A stretch of DNA of 64,000 nucleotides. Origin: Acidimicrobiales bacterium (GTDB lineage Bacteria; Actinomycetota; Acidimicrobiia; Acidimicrobiales; VFJN01). The translations under genes were made by a program, and so were the position numbers. Positions 50,462 to 58,953 of this stretch are shown in pieces. A model generated the notes under the pieces. It ran no database searches. It saw only the letters and a program-made list of their open reading frames with translations, and was not told the DNA's origin. Each line of letters begins with the position of its first letter. Positions within the stretch are counted from its first letter, which is position 1. The stretch lies in NCBI GenBank assembly GCA_036563805.1, contig DATCLS010000102.1:67903-131902 (forward strand), read 5' to 3'.

Positions 50462-51505
50462 TCAGCCCTCGATCCGCTCCGGCAGGCCGAACTCGGGGAA
50501 GAGCTCGGGATAGAGGAAGTTGTGGTGGCCGACGATCTTGCCCCCGGCCACCTCGATGACCTGGATGGCCCACGGCTCCCACACGCCGTCTGCCACCTTG
50601 TGGTAGCTGCCGAACCCGGGCGAGCCGTTGACCGACACCGGCAACAGCTTGCCGTCCTTGCACTCGATGCCCGGGCCGAGACACCAGGCCACGAACTCCT
50701 CGGGGCCCCGCAGCCAGACGTCGTATGGCGGCATCGACATGACCATGTCCTCGCGCATGAGCTCGACGAGGCGGGACATGTCGTAGCTCTCGAACGCCTC
50801 GACGTACCGGGCCAGCAGCTCCTTCTGCTGCTCGTCGCCGACGGTGGGGTCGAGCCTCTCGTCGCCCTGGAGGTCGGCCAGCGTGGCCCGGGCCCGCTGC
50901 AGGGCGCTGTTGACCGAGGCGACGCTGGTGTCGAGCAGCTGGGCCGCCTCGCTGGCCTGCCACTTGAGCACCTCGCACAGGATGAGGACCGCCCGCTGCC
51001 GGGGCGGCAGGTGCTGGAGGGCGGCCACGAACGCCAGGCGGATCGACTCCCGCGCCTCGGCGACCGAGGCGGGGTCGCCGTCCACGTCGATGACGCGCTC
51101 GTCGGCGATGGGCTGGACGAACGCGGTCTCGGGCAGCGGCGCCCCGAGCTTGACGTCGGCCGTGTGGCTCGACGGCCCCATCTCCATGGGCCGAGCCCGC
51201 CGCTGGGGGCTGCGGGCCATGTCGATGCAGACGTTGTTGGCGATCCGGTAGAGCCAGGACCGCAGCGACGACCGTCCTTCGAAGCGGTCGATCGAGCGCC
51301 AGGCCCGGACCATCGTCTCCTGCACGGCGTCCTCGGCCTCGGAGCCGGCGCCCAGCATGCGGTAGCAGAAGCCGGTCAGCTCGCGCCGGTAGCGCTCGAG
51401 GGCGAGGCTGACCTCGACCTCGTCGAACGTCCCGTCGGCCGAGCGGGTGCCGGCGAGGTCGGAGGGGACCGCCCCGCCCGGTAGCGAGGTTCGACGCGCG
51501 GGCAT
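50462..51505 (-). CDS. ECF-type sigma-70 factor with SnoaL/NTF2-like C-terminal extension (SigG/SigJ-type)
   Basis: 347 aa from ATG 51505. Region 2 reads RSWLYRIANNVCID. Region 4 reads LPPRQRAVLILCEVLKWQASEAAQLLDTSVASVNSALQRAR. An extra C-terminal domain of ~130 aa follows. Confidence 0.85.
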   Translation of the reverse strand: MPARRTSLPGGAVPSDLAGTRSADGTFDEVEVSLALERYRRELTGFCYRMLGAGSEAEDAVQETMVRAWRSIDRFEGRSSLRSWLYRIANNVCIDMARSPQRRARPMEMGPSSHTADVKLGAPLPETAFVQPIADERVIDVDGDPASVAEARESIRLAFVAALQHLPPRQRAVLILCEVLKWQASEAAQLLDTSVASVNSALQRARATLADLQGDERLDPTVGDEQQKELLARYVEAFESYDMSRLVELMREDMVMSMPPYDVWLRGPEEFVAWCLGPGIECKDGKLLPVSVNGSPGFGSYHKVADGVWEPWAIQVIEVAGGKIVGHHNFLYPELFPEFGLPERIEG

Positions 51506-51591
51506 GGTCCTGCACCGTAGCCGTCCCGGTAGCCTCGGCGGCGATCCGCAAGCTGGTGGCGCCGGCGAGAACCGGGGAGCGAGGGGGACAC

Positions 51592-52473
51592 GTGGACGTC
51601 GGGTTGTTCGTGCCGCTGGGCAACGGGAACGCCTCACCGGACCTGGTCCGGGCGGTGGGCCGCGAGGCCGAGGACCGGGGCTTCGAGTCGATCTGGCTCC
51701 CGGAGCACGTCGTGCTGTTCGACGAGTACGCGTCGTCGTACCCGTACGCGCCCGACGGGCGGTTGCCGACCGGGCCCGACGCCGGCATGCTCGAACCGCT
51801 CAACGCGCTGACGTTCCTGGCCGGGGTGACCGACCGGGTGCGGCTGGGCACCGGCATCTGCCTGGTGCCGCAGCGCAACCCCGTGTACACGGCCAAGGTC
51901 GTGACCGACCTCGACTCGCTGTCGGGCGGCCGGGTCGAGCTGGGCGTGGGCGTCGGCTGGCTGCGCGAGGAGTTCGAGGCCGTGGGCATGCCGTTCGAGC
52001 GGCGCGGCCAGCGCACCGACGAGCACCTGGCCGTGATGAAGACGCTGTGGTGCGACGAGGTGTCCGAGTACCATGGCGAGCTGTACGACCTGAAGCCCTG
52101 CCGGATGTACCCCAAGCCGGTGCAGACGCCCCACCCGCCGATCCACGTCGGCGGCGAGAGCGACGCCGCCCTCCGCCGGGTGGCCCGACTCGGGCAGGGC
52201 TGGTTCACCTTCAACCGCCTCCCCGACGACCTGCCCGGGGCGCTGGACCGGCTCGACGCCGCTCTGGCCGCCGAGGGCCGCAGCCGGGACGACCTGACGC
52301 TGTCGGTGTCGCCCTACCTCCACCCGCTGGAGCCGGGCATGGTCGAGCGCTACGCCGACCTCGGCGTGGACCGGCTGATCGTGATGTGCCTGGCCTTCGA
52401 CGTCGACATCCTCCGCGCCCAGCTCGACCAGCTGGAGGCCACCGTGCTGCGCCCGGCCCTGGCCCTCAGCTGA
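51592..52473 (+). CDS. LLM-class (F420-dependent-type) oxidoreductase
   Basis: 293 aa from GTG 51592 with motifs GFESIWLPEHV, GRVELGVGVGW and PKPVQTPHPPIHVGG. Confidence 0.8.
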   Translation: MDVGLFVPLGNGNASPDLVRAVGREAEDRGFESIWLPEHVVLFDEYASSYPYAPDGRLPTGPDAGMLEPLNALTFLAGVTDRVRLGTGICLVPQRNPVYTAKVVTDLDSLSGGRVELGVGVGWLREEFEAVGMPFERRGQRTDEHLAVMKTLWCDEVSEYHGELYDLKPCRMYPKPVQTPHPPIHVGGESDAALRRVARLGQGWFTFNRLPDDLPGALDRLDAALAAEGRSRDDLTLSVSPYLHPLEPGMVERYADLGVDRLIVMCLAFDVDILRAQLDQLEATVLRPALALS

Positions 52474-52493
52474 CGGGAACGGGAACGCCTGCG

Positions 52494-52569
52494 GCGCTCA
52501 GGACGCCGGCGCCCTGGAACCCGCGCTCAGGACGCCGGCACCCAGGAGCCCCGCGCTCAGGACGCCGGC
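52494..52569. repeat. Three tandem ~30-bp repeats carrying GCGCTCAGGACGCCGGC
   Basis: The 17-mer is identical at 52494-52510, 52523-52539 and 52553-52569, with similar spacers (GCCCTGGAACCC / ACCCAGGAGCCCC). The third copy contains the real stop of the minus-strand dehydrogenase gene. Confidence 0.85.
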
Positions 52570-53708
52570 GCCGGCTCGACGGCGAGGATCCGGTCGTCGT
52601 CGGGGGCCGGGACGCCCCGGCCGTCGCGGTTGCTGGTGGCGACCCACAGGGAGGCGTCGGGCCCCTCGGGCGCGACGACCACGGTCCGCAGCCGGCCGTA
52701 CTCCTCCTCGAGCAGGGCCCGGGGCTCGCCGACCGTGCCGTCGGCGTCGACCGGCAGCTCCCACAGTCGCTGGCCCCGCAGGGCCGCCGCCCACAGCGAC
52801 CCGTCGGCGAAGGCCAGCCCGCTCGGCGACGCCTCGGAGGTCGGCCAGGTGACGACCGGGTCGGTGTACAGGTCGTCGGCCTCGTCGCCGCCGACGCCCT
52901 CGACGACCGGCCATCCGTAGTTGCGGCCCGGCTCGATGCGGTTGATCTCGTCCCAGGCGTTCTGGCCGAACTCGGTGGCGAACATTCGGCCCGCATCGTC
53001 CCAGGCCAGGCCCTGGACGTTGCGGTGGCCGTAGCTCCACACGGGCGTGCCGAACGGGTTGCCGGGCGCCGGGTCGCCCTCCGGCGTCAGGCGCAGGATC
53101 TTCCCGCCCAGGGAGCCGAGGTCCTGGGCGAGGCCGGTCTGGCCGGCGTCGCCCACGCCGGCGTACAGCATCCCGTCGGGGCCGAAGGCGATGCGGCCGC
53201 CGTTGTGGATCACGCCTTTGGGCAGGCCGTCGATCACGACCTCGGGTTCGCCCAGCCGGCCGTCCTCGTACCGGGCCCGGACGATGCGGTTGTCCTCCGC
53301 TGCCGTCAGGTACAGGTACACGTACCGGTCGGCGGCGAAGTCGGGCGACACGGCGATGCCGAGCAGGCCGCCCTCGCCGGCCGGCTCGACCCCCGTCACC
53401 TCGCCCACCTCGGTGACCTCGCCGGCGGCCGAGACGTGCACGACCCGGGCCCGGTCGCGCTCGGCGACCAGGGCGCCGCCGTCAGGCAGGACCGCCACGC
53501 CCCACGGGACCTCGAGCCCGGCGGCCACCGTCCGCACCTCGGCGCCGGGGGCCGCCTGGGCGTCTGCCGGCGACGGCCTGAGGGCGGTCACCGGGCTGGA
53601 CGCACCCGGCGGGCCGAGCGTGGCCACCCCGCTCAGGCTCAGCACCGCCGTCAGAACGATCGTTATTCGGCGAGTCAACAAGATGCCCGGGACGCTACCG
53701 CCGGTCAA
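52557..53708 (-). CDS. PQQ-dependent (soluble glucose/sorbosone-type) sugar dehydrogenase
   Basis: It has a signal-like N-terminus and beta-propeller motifs GLLGIAVSPDF, HNGGRIAFGPDGMLY and YGHRNVQGLAWD. The TTG start at 53708 is uncertain. Confidence 0.8.
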   Translation of the reverse strand: MTGGSVPGILLTRRITIVLTAVLSLSGVATLGPPGASSPVTALRPSPADAQAAPGAEVRTVAAGLEVPWGVAVLPDGGALVAERDRARVVHVSAAGEVTEVGEVTGVEPAGEGGLLGIAVSPDFAADRYVYLYLTAAEDNRIVRARYEDGRLGEPEVVIDGLPKGVIHNGGRIAFGPDGMLYAGVGDAGQTGLAQDLGSLGGKILRLTPEGDPAPGNPFGTPVWSYGHRNVQGLAWDDAGRMFATEFGQNAWDEINRIEPGRNYGWPVVEGVGGDEADDLYTDPVVTWPTSEASPSGLAFADGSLWAAALRGQRLWELPVDADGTVGEPRALLEEEYGRLRTVVVAPEGPDASLWVATSNRDGRGVPAPDDDRILAVEPAPAS

Positions 53709-53723
53709 CAGCGACAGGGCGGA

Positions 53724-53738
53724 TTCATATGATATGAA
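53724..53738. promoter_or_regulatory. 15-bp perfect 7-1-7 palindrome TTCATATGATATGAA
   Basis: It sits in the middle of the 36-bp divergent gap between 53708 (-) and 53745 (+). It is a purely AT-rich island in GC-rich DNA. Confidence 0.5.
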
Positions 53739-53744
53739 CCGGCC

Positions 53745-54878
53745 GTGGAGCCGTTCCGTGTGTCCGTCCCCGACCGCGACCTCGACGACCTGCGCGACCG
53801 GCTACGCCGCACCCGCTGGCCCGACGAGATCGACGGCGCGGGGTGGGACTACGGCATCCCGCTCGGCTACATGCAGGACGTCTGCCGCTACTGGGCAGAG
53901 GGCTACGACTGGCGGGAGCGCGAGCGGCGCCTGAACGCCTTCGACCAGTTCCGCACGACGATCGACGGTGTCGGCATCCACTTCCTCCACGTGCGCTCGC
54001 CCCGGTCCGACGCCTTTCCCATCATCGTCACGCACGGCTGGCCCGGTTCGGTCGTCGAGTTCCTGAAGGTCCTCGGGCCGCTCACCGATCCCGTGGCCCA
54101 CGGCGCTTCGGCCGAGGACGCCTTCCACGTCGTGTGCCCGTCGCTGCCCGGCTACGCCTTCTCCGACCGGCCCACCGAGCGGGGCTGGAACGCTGGGCGC
54201 ACGGCGCGCGCGTGGGCCGTGCTCATGGACAGGCTCGGCTACGCCCGCTATGGCGCCCAGGGCGGCGACTGGGGCGCGCTCGTGTCGACGTTGCTGGCCA
54301 AGCTCGACCCCGAGCACTGCGCCGCTCTCCACCTCAACATGCCGGTCGTCCCGCCCGACCCCGAGACGATGGAGGACCTGACCGAGGCCGAGCGCCGGTC
54401 CCTCGACGACGCCGCCGCCTACGACAAGTACGACTCGGGCTACATGAAGCAGCAGAGCACCAGACCCCAGACGCTGGCCTACGGGCTGGTCGACTCGCCG
54501 GCGGCCCAGGCGGCCTGGATCCTCGAGAAGTTCTGGTCGTGGACCGACTGCGACGGCCACCCCGAGAACGTGCTGAGCCGCGACGAGCTGCTCGACAACG
54601 TGATGCTCTACTGGGTCACGGCCACCGGCGGGTCGTCGGCCCGTATGTACTACGAGACGGTCGGGGCCCGCGGCCCCGACCTGTCGGACGGCGTCGCCGT
54701 GCCCACCGGCTGCTCGATCTTCCCCCGGGAGATCCTCCGGCCGTCGCGCCGGTGGGCCGAGAAGCGGTTCAACATCGTCTACTGGAACGAACCGCCCCGC
54801 GGCGGCCACTTCGCCGCCTTCGAGCAGCCCGAGCTGTTCGTCGAGGAGCTGCGGGCGTTCTTCCGGCCCTTCCGCTGA
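53745..54878 (+). CDS. Epoxide hydrolase (microsomal-type N-terminal domain + alpha/beta hydrolase)
   Basis: 377 aa with RWPDE, HGWPGS and the GGDWGA nucleophile motif. Confidence 0.85.
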   Translation: MEPFRVSVPDRDLDDLRDRLRRTRWPDEIDGAGWDYGIPLGYMQDVCRYWAEGYDWRERERRLNAFDQFRTTIDGVGIHFLHVRSPRSDAFPIIVTHGWPGSVVEFLKVLGPLTDPVAHGASAEDAFHVVCPSLPGYAFSDRPTERGWNAGRTARAWAVLMDRLGYARYGAQGGDWGALVSTLLAKLDPEHCAALHLNMPVVPPDPETMEDLTEAERRSLDDAAAYDKYDSGYMKQQSTRPQTLAYGLVDSPAAQAAWILEKFWSWTDCDGHPENVLSRDELLDNVMLYWVTATGGSSARMYYETVGARGPDLSDGVAVPTGCSIFPREILRPSRRWAEKRFNIVYWNEPPRGGHFAAFEQPELFVEELRAFFRPFR

Positions 54879-54881
54879 GAC

Positions 54882-56183
54882 CTACCCCGGCGCGGCGGGC
54901 TCGGGCCGGAACACCACCGGCAGGCCGGTCGGCAGCCGGAAGCCCAACCCGGTCACGTGCGGGGGCCCGGCCTCGGGGTCCAAGCGCAGGTCGTGGAGCA
55001 GGTCGAGCGTCCGGTTGAGCAGCACCCGCAGCTCGGACAGCGCCAGGTTCACGCCCAGGCACCGGTGGATGCCGAACCCGAACGTGAGGTGGCGGTCGGC
55101 GTTGGGCCGGCGGACGTCGAACCGCTCGGGGTCGGGGAACACGGCCGGGTCGTGGTTGGCCGCCGCCATCACGATGTTGACCGGGCACCCCCGGGGCACC
55201 GGCACGCCCTCCACCTCGGTGTCCTCGGTGGCGAGCCGGCCCAGGAAGGCGATGGGCTGCTCCAGCCGCAGCGACTCGTGGATGGCGCCGTCGACCAGCG
55301 ACCGGTCGGCCCGCACGGCCTCGAGCTGGTCGGGGTGCAGCAGCAACTGGAGCATGAGGTTGCCGTAGGCCCGGTAGGTGGTGCCGGCGCCGGCGATGAT
55401 CAGCAGCCGGACGAACGCGTTGACCTCCTCGTCCGACAGCGGGTGGGTGGCGCCCGCGTAGCCCTCGGCGGCCCGCTCCTCCTCGGTGATCTCGGCCGTG
55501 ACCAGGATGCTGATGAGGTCGTCGCCCGGATGGCGCCGCCGCTCGGCGATGAGCGGGGCCACGTAGTCGGCGACGGCCCGGCCGGCCGCGAACCGCTCCT
55601 CGGGCGGCACCGCGCCCGAGGTCATGGTGACGGCCCAGTCGAAGAACGTCTGGCGGTCCTCGGCGGGCAGGCCCAGGCCCCCGGCGATCGTCAGCGTCGG
55701 GACCTTCGCCGCCACCTCGGCGTACAGGTCGGCCCGCCCCCGGGGTAGCAGCGCCCGCAGGTGGGCGTCGACGGTCGGACGGATGATCTCGTCCTCCCAC
55801 CGACGCATGGCCCGCTTCGAGAACGCGTCCTTGAGCAGCATCCGCATGCGGTTGTGCTCCGGCTCGTCCATGCCGATGACGGTCGGGCCCACGAACGCGG
55901 TCAGGCTGGGGTCGTACCACCGGGACGAGAACGTGCGCGCCCGGCGGAACACGTCGGTGCAAGCCGCGTAGCTGAGCACGGTCATCTGGTCGCGGTCGGC
56001 GTACGCGTCGGGGGTGGGCGCGGCCGGGAAGTGCTCTTCGACCGTGCCCGGGCGGACCGGCGCCTCCTCCCGCAGGCGGTGGTACGTCGGGTAGGGGTCG
56101 TCGACGACGCCCGCGCCGAACAGGCGGTTGCGCTCGGCATCCGCGTCGGACGCGCCGGTCGTCCGCTCCAAGGGCTCGGTCAT
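54882..56183 (-). CDS. Cytochrome P450
   Basis: 433 aa with the heme-binding loop FGFGIHRCLGVNLA, ExxR (ESLRLE) and an AGAGTT I-helix motif. Confidence 0.9.
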   Translation of the reverse strand: MTEPLERTTGASDADAERNRLFGAGVVDDPYPTYHRLREEAPVRPGTVEEHFPAAPTPDAYADRDQMTVLSYAACTDVFRRARTFSSRWYDPSLTAFVGPTVIGMDEPEHNRMRMLLKDAFSKRAMRRWEDEIIRPTVDAHLRALLPRGRADLYAEVAAKVPTLTIAGGLGLPAEDRQTFFDWAVTMTSGAVPPEERFAAGRAVADYVAPLIAERRRHPGDDLISILVTAEITEEERAAEGYAGATHPLSDEEVNAFVRLLIIAGAGTTYRAYGNLMLQLLLHPDQLEAVRADRSLVDGAIHESLRLEQPIAFLGRLATEDTEVEGVPVPRGCPVNIVMAAANHDPAVFPDPERFDVRRPNADRHLTFGFGIHRCLGVNLALSELRVLLNRTLDLLHDLRLDPEAGPPHVTGLGFRLPTGLPVVFRPEPAAPG

Positions 56184-56208
56184 GGTCTCCCGCTCCTGCT
56201 GCGCCCGC

Positions 56209-56982
56209 TCATGCCGGCATGTACTTGCCGCCGTCGATAACCAGCACCTGCCCGGTGACGAAGCGGGCGTCGTCGCTGGCGAAGAACACGGCCGCGCCGG
56301 TCAGGTCCTCGGCCGTGAGCACGCCGGGAACGGCCTGCTGCTGGGCGAGGGTCTCGATCGTCGAGCTGGGCACCACCCGCCGGGTGGCCTCGGTGTCGAT
56401 GACGCCGGGGGCGATGCAGTTGACCGTGATCCCCCACCGGCCCAGCTGGGCGGCGGTGAACTTGGTCAGGCCGATGACGCCCCACTTGGTCTGCTGGTAG
56501 TTGAAGGCGTTGAGACCCTGGAAGTCGGCGGTCGGCAGGCTGCCGTAGTTGTAGGCGGCGCCGGACGACTGGTTGACGATCCGCCCGGTCCCTTGTTCGA
56601 CCATGACCGGGGCGACGGCCCGCGTCATCAGCCACACGCCGTGCAGGTTCACGTCGAAGACCCGCTTCAGGTACTCGAAGCTCTGGTCGGCCATGTTCCA
56701 GTCGCCGTAGAGGGCGGCGTTGTTCACGAGGATGTCGATGCGGCCGAAGGCGTCGCGCGTCGCCGCCACGCACGCCTCGGTCGAGGCCGGGTCGGACACG
56801 TCGCACCGGGTGAAGGCGGCCCGGCCGCCGGCGTCGAGCTCGGCCAGGGTCTTGGCCCCGGTCTCCTCGTCGACGTCGGCCAGCATCACCGACGCCCCCT
56901 CCCGCAGGAAGCGCTCGGCGTAGGCCCGGCCGATGCCGCGGCTCCCCCCGGTCACGATCGCGACCTTGTCTTCCAGGCGCAT
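56209..56982 (-). CDS. Short-chain dehydrogenase/reductase
   Basis: 257 aa from ATG 56982 after a [11 protein letters not shown], with TGGSRGIG, NNAA and YQQTK. Confidence 0.85.
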   Translation of the reverse strand: MRLEDKVAIVTGGSRGIGRAYAERFLREGASVMLADVDEETGAKTLAELDAGGRAAFTRCDVSDPASTEACVAATRDAFGRIDILVNNAALYGDWNMADQSFEYLKRVFDVNLHGVWLMTRAVAPVMVEQGTGRIVNQSSGAAYNYGSLPTADFQGLNAFNYQQTKWGVIGLTKFTAAQLGRWGITVNCIAPGVIDTEATRRVVPSSTIETLAQQQAVPGVLTAEDLTGAAVFFASDDARFVTGQVLVIDGGKYMPA

Positions 56983-57005
56983 GGTCGGTTCTCCCTCCGG
57001 TGCGT

Positions 57006-58244
57006 CTACCGCCGGCTCGGCGGCTCCGCGGGGGTGAACCGGAACAGGCGTTCCGCGTTGCCCCGCAGCAGCTTGTACTGGACCTCGCGTGGCAGGTCGG
57101 ACACCTGCCCACGGGCGAGCTCGATGCAGTCCGGCCAGGTCGAGTCCGTGTGGGGGTAGTCGGTCTCGACCATCACGTTGTCGACGCCGATGCGCTCGAG
57201 GCTGTCCATCCCGTGGACGTCCTCGATGAAACAGCCGTAGACGTGGTCGCGGAACAGCTGGCGGACGTCCAGCCCGTCGAGGTTGTTGTCGGTCCGGGCG
57301 TGCTCGGTGCCGTAGCCGGTGAACGACTCGCCGCGGCTCGCCCAGTAGCGCTGCTTGTCGACGACCTGCTCCGCCCGCTCGAGGAAGTACGGGATCCAGC
57401 CCACGCCGCCCTCCGACAGGGCGACCTTCAGGGTGGGCAGGCGCTGGAACCAGCCGCTGAACAGCCACGACATCATGGTCCCGGCCGTCCGGACGGCGCC
57501 CCAGGCCATGTTGGCCAGCGGGGGCGAGTCGGAGGTGATGGCCGGCAGCGTCGACGACGAGCCGACGTGCATGCAGACGACGAGCTCGGCCTCGGCGGCA
57601 GCCGCCAGCACCGGCTCCCAGTAACGGCTCGGGTGGTGGATGCTGGGCAGGCCGAGCGGCTCCGGGTTCTCGGAGAAGGCGATGGCCCGCGCCCCCTTGG
57701 CCGCGCACCGCTCGATCTCCGCCACGGCCAGGGCCGGGTCCCACAGCGGGAACAGGACGAGCGGGATGTAGCGGCCCGGCGCCGAGCCGCACCACTCGTC
57801 GATCATCCAGTCGTTGTAGGCCCGGACGCACAGGAGCGCGAGCTCCTTGTCCTTGGCCTCGTGGAAGACCTGACCGCAGAACCGGGGGAACGACGGGAAG
57901 CTCAGCGAGGCGAGGATGCCGGCCCGGTCCATGTCCTCGATGCGGGCCCGGGGGTCGTAGCAGCCGGGGCGCATCTCGGCGTAAGTCACCGGCTCGGTGG
58001 TGAACTCCTCCTTGCGCTTGCCGGCTGCGGCCGACAGGCCCACGGTGGGCTGCCGCTTGCCGTCGTAGACCCAGGCCTCGCCCCGGTCGTCGGTGATCAG
58101 GCGGGGCGCCTCGTCGCGGCGGGCGGCGGGGACCCGGTCCTGCCAGACGTGGGGCGGTTCCAGCACGTGGTCGTCGACCGAGATGAGCCAGTCGAGGTCG
58201 AGCTCGTCGGCGGCGCGTGGCTCACCGGCGCCGGTGGCCGTCAT
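57006..58244 (-). CDS. Amidohydrolase-2 family metal-dependent hydrolase/decarboxylase
   Basis: 412 aa from ATG 58244 (codon 29 of the track ORF) after an AAGGAG RBS. Motifs are SVDDHVLEPP, MHVGSS and VETDYPHTDS. Confidence 0.75.
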   Translation of the reverse strand: MTATGAGEPRAADELDLDWLISVDDHVLEPPHVWQDRVPAARRDEAPRLITDDRGEAWVYDGKRQPTVGLSAAAGKRKEEFTTEPVTYAEMRPGCYDPRARIEDMDRAGILASLSFPSFPRFCGQVFHEAKDKELALLCVRAYNDWMIDEWCGSAPGRYIPLVLFPLWDPALAVAEIERCAAKGARAIAFSENPEPLGLPSIHHPSRYWEPVLAAAAEAELVVCMHVGSSSTLPAITSDSPPLANMAWGAVRTAGTMMSWLFSGWFQRLPTLKVALSEGGVGWIPYFLERAEQVVDKQRYWASRGESFTGYGTEHARTDNNLDGLDVRQLFRDHVYGCFIEDVHGMDSLERIGVDNVMVETDYPHTDSTWPDCIELARGQVSDLPREVQYKLLRGNAERLFRFTPAEPPSRR

Positions 58245-58346
58245 GGCGTCTCCTTTCGCACGGGGCGCCGGGCGGGCCTGGGCCGGGGCCGTCACCGGCC
58301 GCTCCCCCGGCGCGCCCGGCGGCCGCACGGCGGGGCGGGACGCCGC

Positions 58347-58778
58347 TCACCGGCTGCCCACCAGGGGGTCGGCCAGCGGCACCTCGTTGTGCTCCCAGGT
58401 CGGCCGGCGGCCGTAGAGGTCGGCCAGGTGGCGGACGCTCTGGAGCGCCATGTCGACCTGGGCTGTCTCGGTGAGGACCCGGGGGCAGCCGGCCTCGGCG
58501 ATCACGGTCTCGACCAGCACGTCGCTCCGGGCGTCGAGGGCGTTGGCCAGGCGGAGGACGGCGGCGATGCGCTCGGCCGGGTCGAGCCCGGGCCAGGGCC
58601 CCGCGTCGAACGCCCGGCGGGCGGCGACGATGGCCTGCTCGATGTGGGCCGGCGACGCGGCCTCGACCTCGGCCACCGGCTCGGTCGTGGACGGCGACCG
58701 CACCACCAGGGTGCCGGCCTCGGCCGACCGCCACTGCCCGTCCACGAACGGCCGCGGCGCGGCCACGAGATCGGTCAC
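58347..58778 (-). pseudogene. Truncated aldehyde dehydrogenase (N-terminal ~143 aa only)
   Basis: From GTG 58778 it reads FVDGQWRS...VVRSPSTTEPVAEVEAASPAHIEQAIVAARRAFD..W....PAERIAAVLRLANAL, a typical ALDH N-terminus. It stops after ~143 aa, whereas ALDHs are ~480-500 aa. Only ~100 nt remain before the next gene. Confidence 0.6.
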
Positions 58779-58858
58779 CCGGTCTCCCCCCTCGTCGTGC
58801 CCCTCTCGGGCTCTGTGCCCTGCTTGGCGTCGTGCCCTGTGGGCGTATGAACCCTCCC

Positions 58859-58890
58859 TATCGGCCAGAATACTAGCCTCTCGGCTGATA
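58859..58890. promoter_or_regulatory. AT-rich dyad region TATCGGCC-N16-GGCTGATA
   Basis: The arms pair at 7 of 8 positions. It overlaps the near-palindrome GGCCAGAATACTAGCC (58863-58878). It lies between the divergent ALDH remnant and the IclR gene. Confidence 0.35.
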
Positions 58891-58953
58891 TCCAAGCCGA
58901 ATGGCACCCAGGCGGCCTGCGCCGGTGGTATGAAGCCCGGGAAGGGAGGCACC

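Noticed and set aside
51560-51595. A possible ECF-type promoter (GAAC ... CGT) in front of the LLM oxidoreductase gene.
   Set aside because: The -10-like CGT would overlap the GTG start codon itself, and the match is too weak to call.
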